A DNA stretch of 64,000 bases from a virus. Lineage: Duplodnaviria; Caudoviricetes. Position numbers and translations under genes: made by a program. This document shows positions 63,945-64,000 of the stretch, piece after piece (within the stretch, counting starts at the first letter, position 1; every line of letters begins with the position of its first letter). The notes beneath the pieces were generated by a model, which worked only from the letters and a program-made list of their open reading frames with translations, ran no database searches and was not told the origin of the DNA. The DNA lies in the IMG/VR virus record IMGVR_UViG_3300033070_001497, positions 45,315-109,314 of that record, one strand, 5' to 3'.

Positions 63945-64000
63945 GTGAGCCGGTATGATCTGAATTTCAATTACGACGGAGTCTTCCTTAGGAGCGTCAT
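63945..64000 (+). CDS. Start of a late gene (possibly gp15-like tail terminator), truncated
   Basis: MSRYDLNFNYDGVFLRSV... open to the window end. Confidence 0.35.
   Translation, partial: MSRYDLNFNYDGVFLRSV

Noticed and set aside
1-64000. Stop-codon reassignment (TAG or TGA), as in some jumbo phages
   Set aside because: Code 11 gives near-complete tiling with intact conserved genes. TGA forms ATGA/TGATG couplings, and no conserved gene is interrupted by TAG.
1-64000. tRNA or rRNA genes
   Set aside because: Intergenic gaps are short and none shows a cloverleaf or T-loop consensus.

Overview
A 64 kb segment of a T4-like jumbo (myo)phage genome. Genes are densely packed, every credible gene is on the + strand, and genetic code 11 gives an uninterrupted gene map. 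Positions 1-39.8 kb hold a virion module (baseplate wedge, hub and spike, neck, tail-tube-fold and fibre proteins) that is interrupted by a phage-encoded four-domain ribosomal protein bS1 homologue and a degenerate amidoligase. Positions 39.8-64 kb hold a replication/recombination module: RuvC-like resolvase, gp32 SSB, primase, UvsY/UvsW, dUTPase, class II RNR, clamp, UvsX, gp41, gp47 and gp46. The family-B DNA polymerase is split into two genes 4.3 kb apart. The host is inferred to be Bacteroidota from the RNR type, the scarcity of Shine-Dalgarno motifs and the A-rich leaders. The most unusual signal is regulatory. A T4-late-like promoter, DATA(G/C/A)ATA, recurs through the window and in six places sits exactly 4 nt before the start codon, which suggests leaderless late mRNAs alongside a late-expressed phage bS1. 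Other signals are a second motif (CATAGRA) before replication genes, a T-depleted A/C leader on the SSB gene, about 23 17-residue repeats in a baseplate/tube protein, capsid-targeting-like peptides, two apparently dead enzymes, and a pervasive G-x-T-G motif in virion proteins. All functional calls come from motif recognition and synteny by eye; no searches were run.
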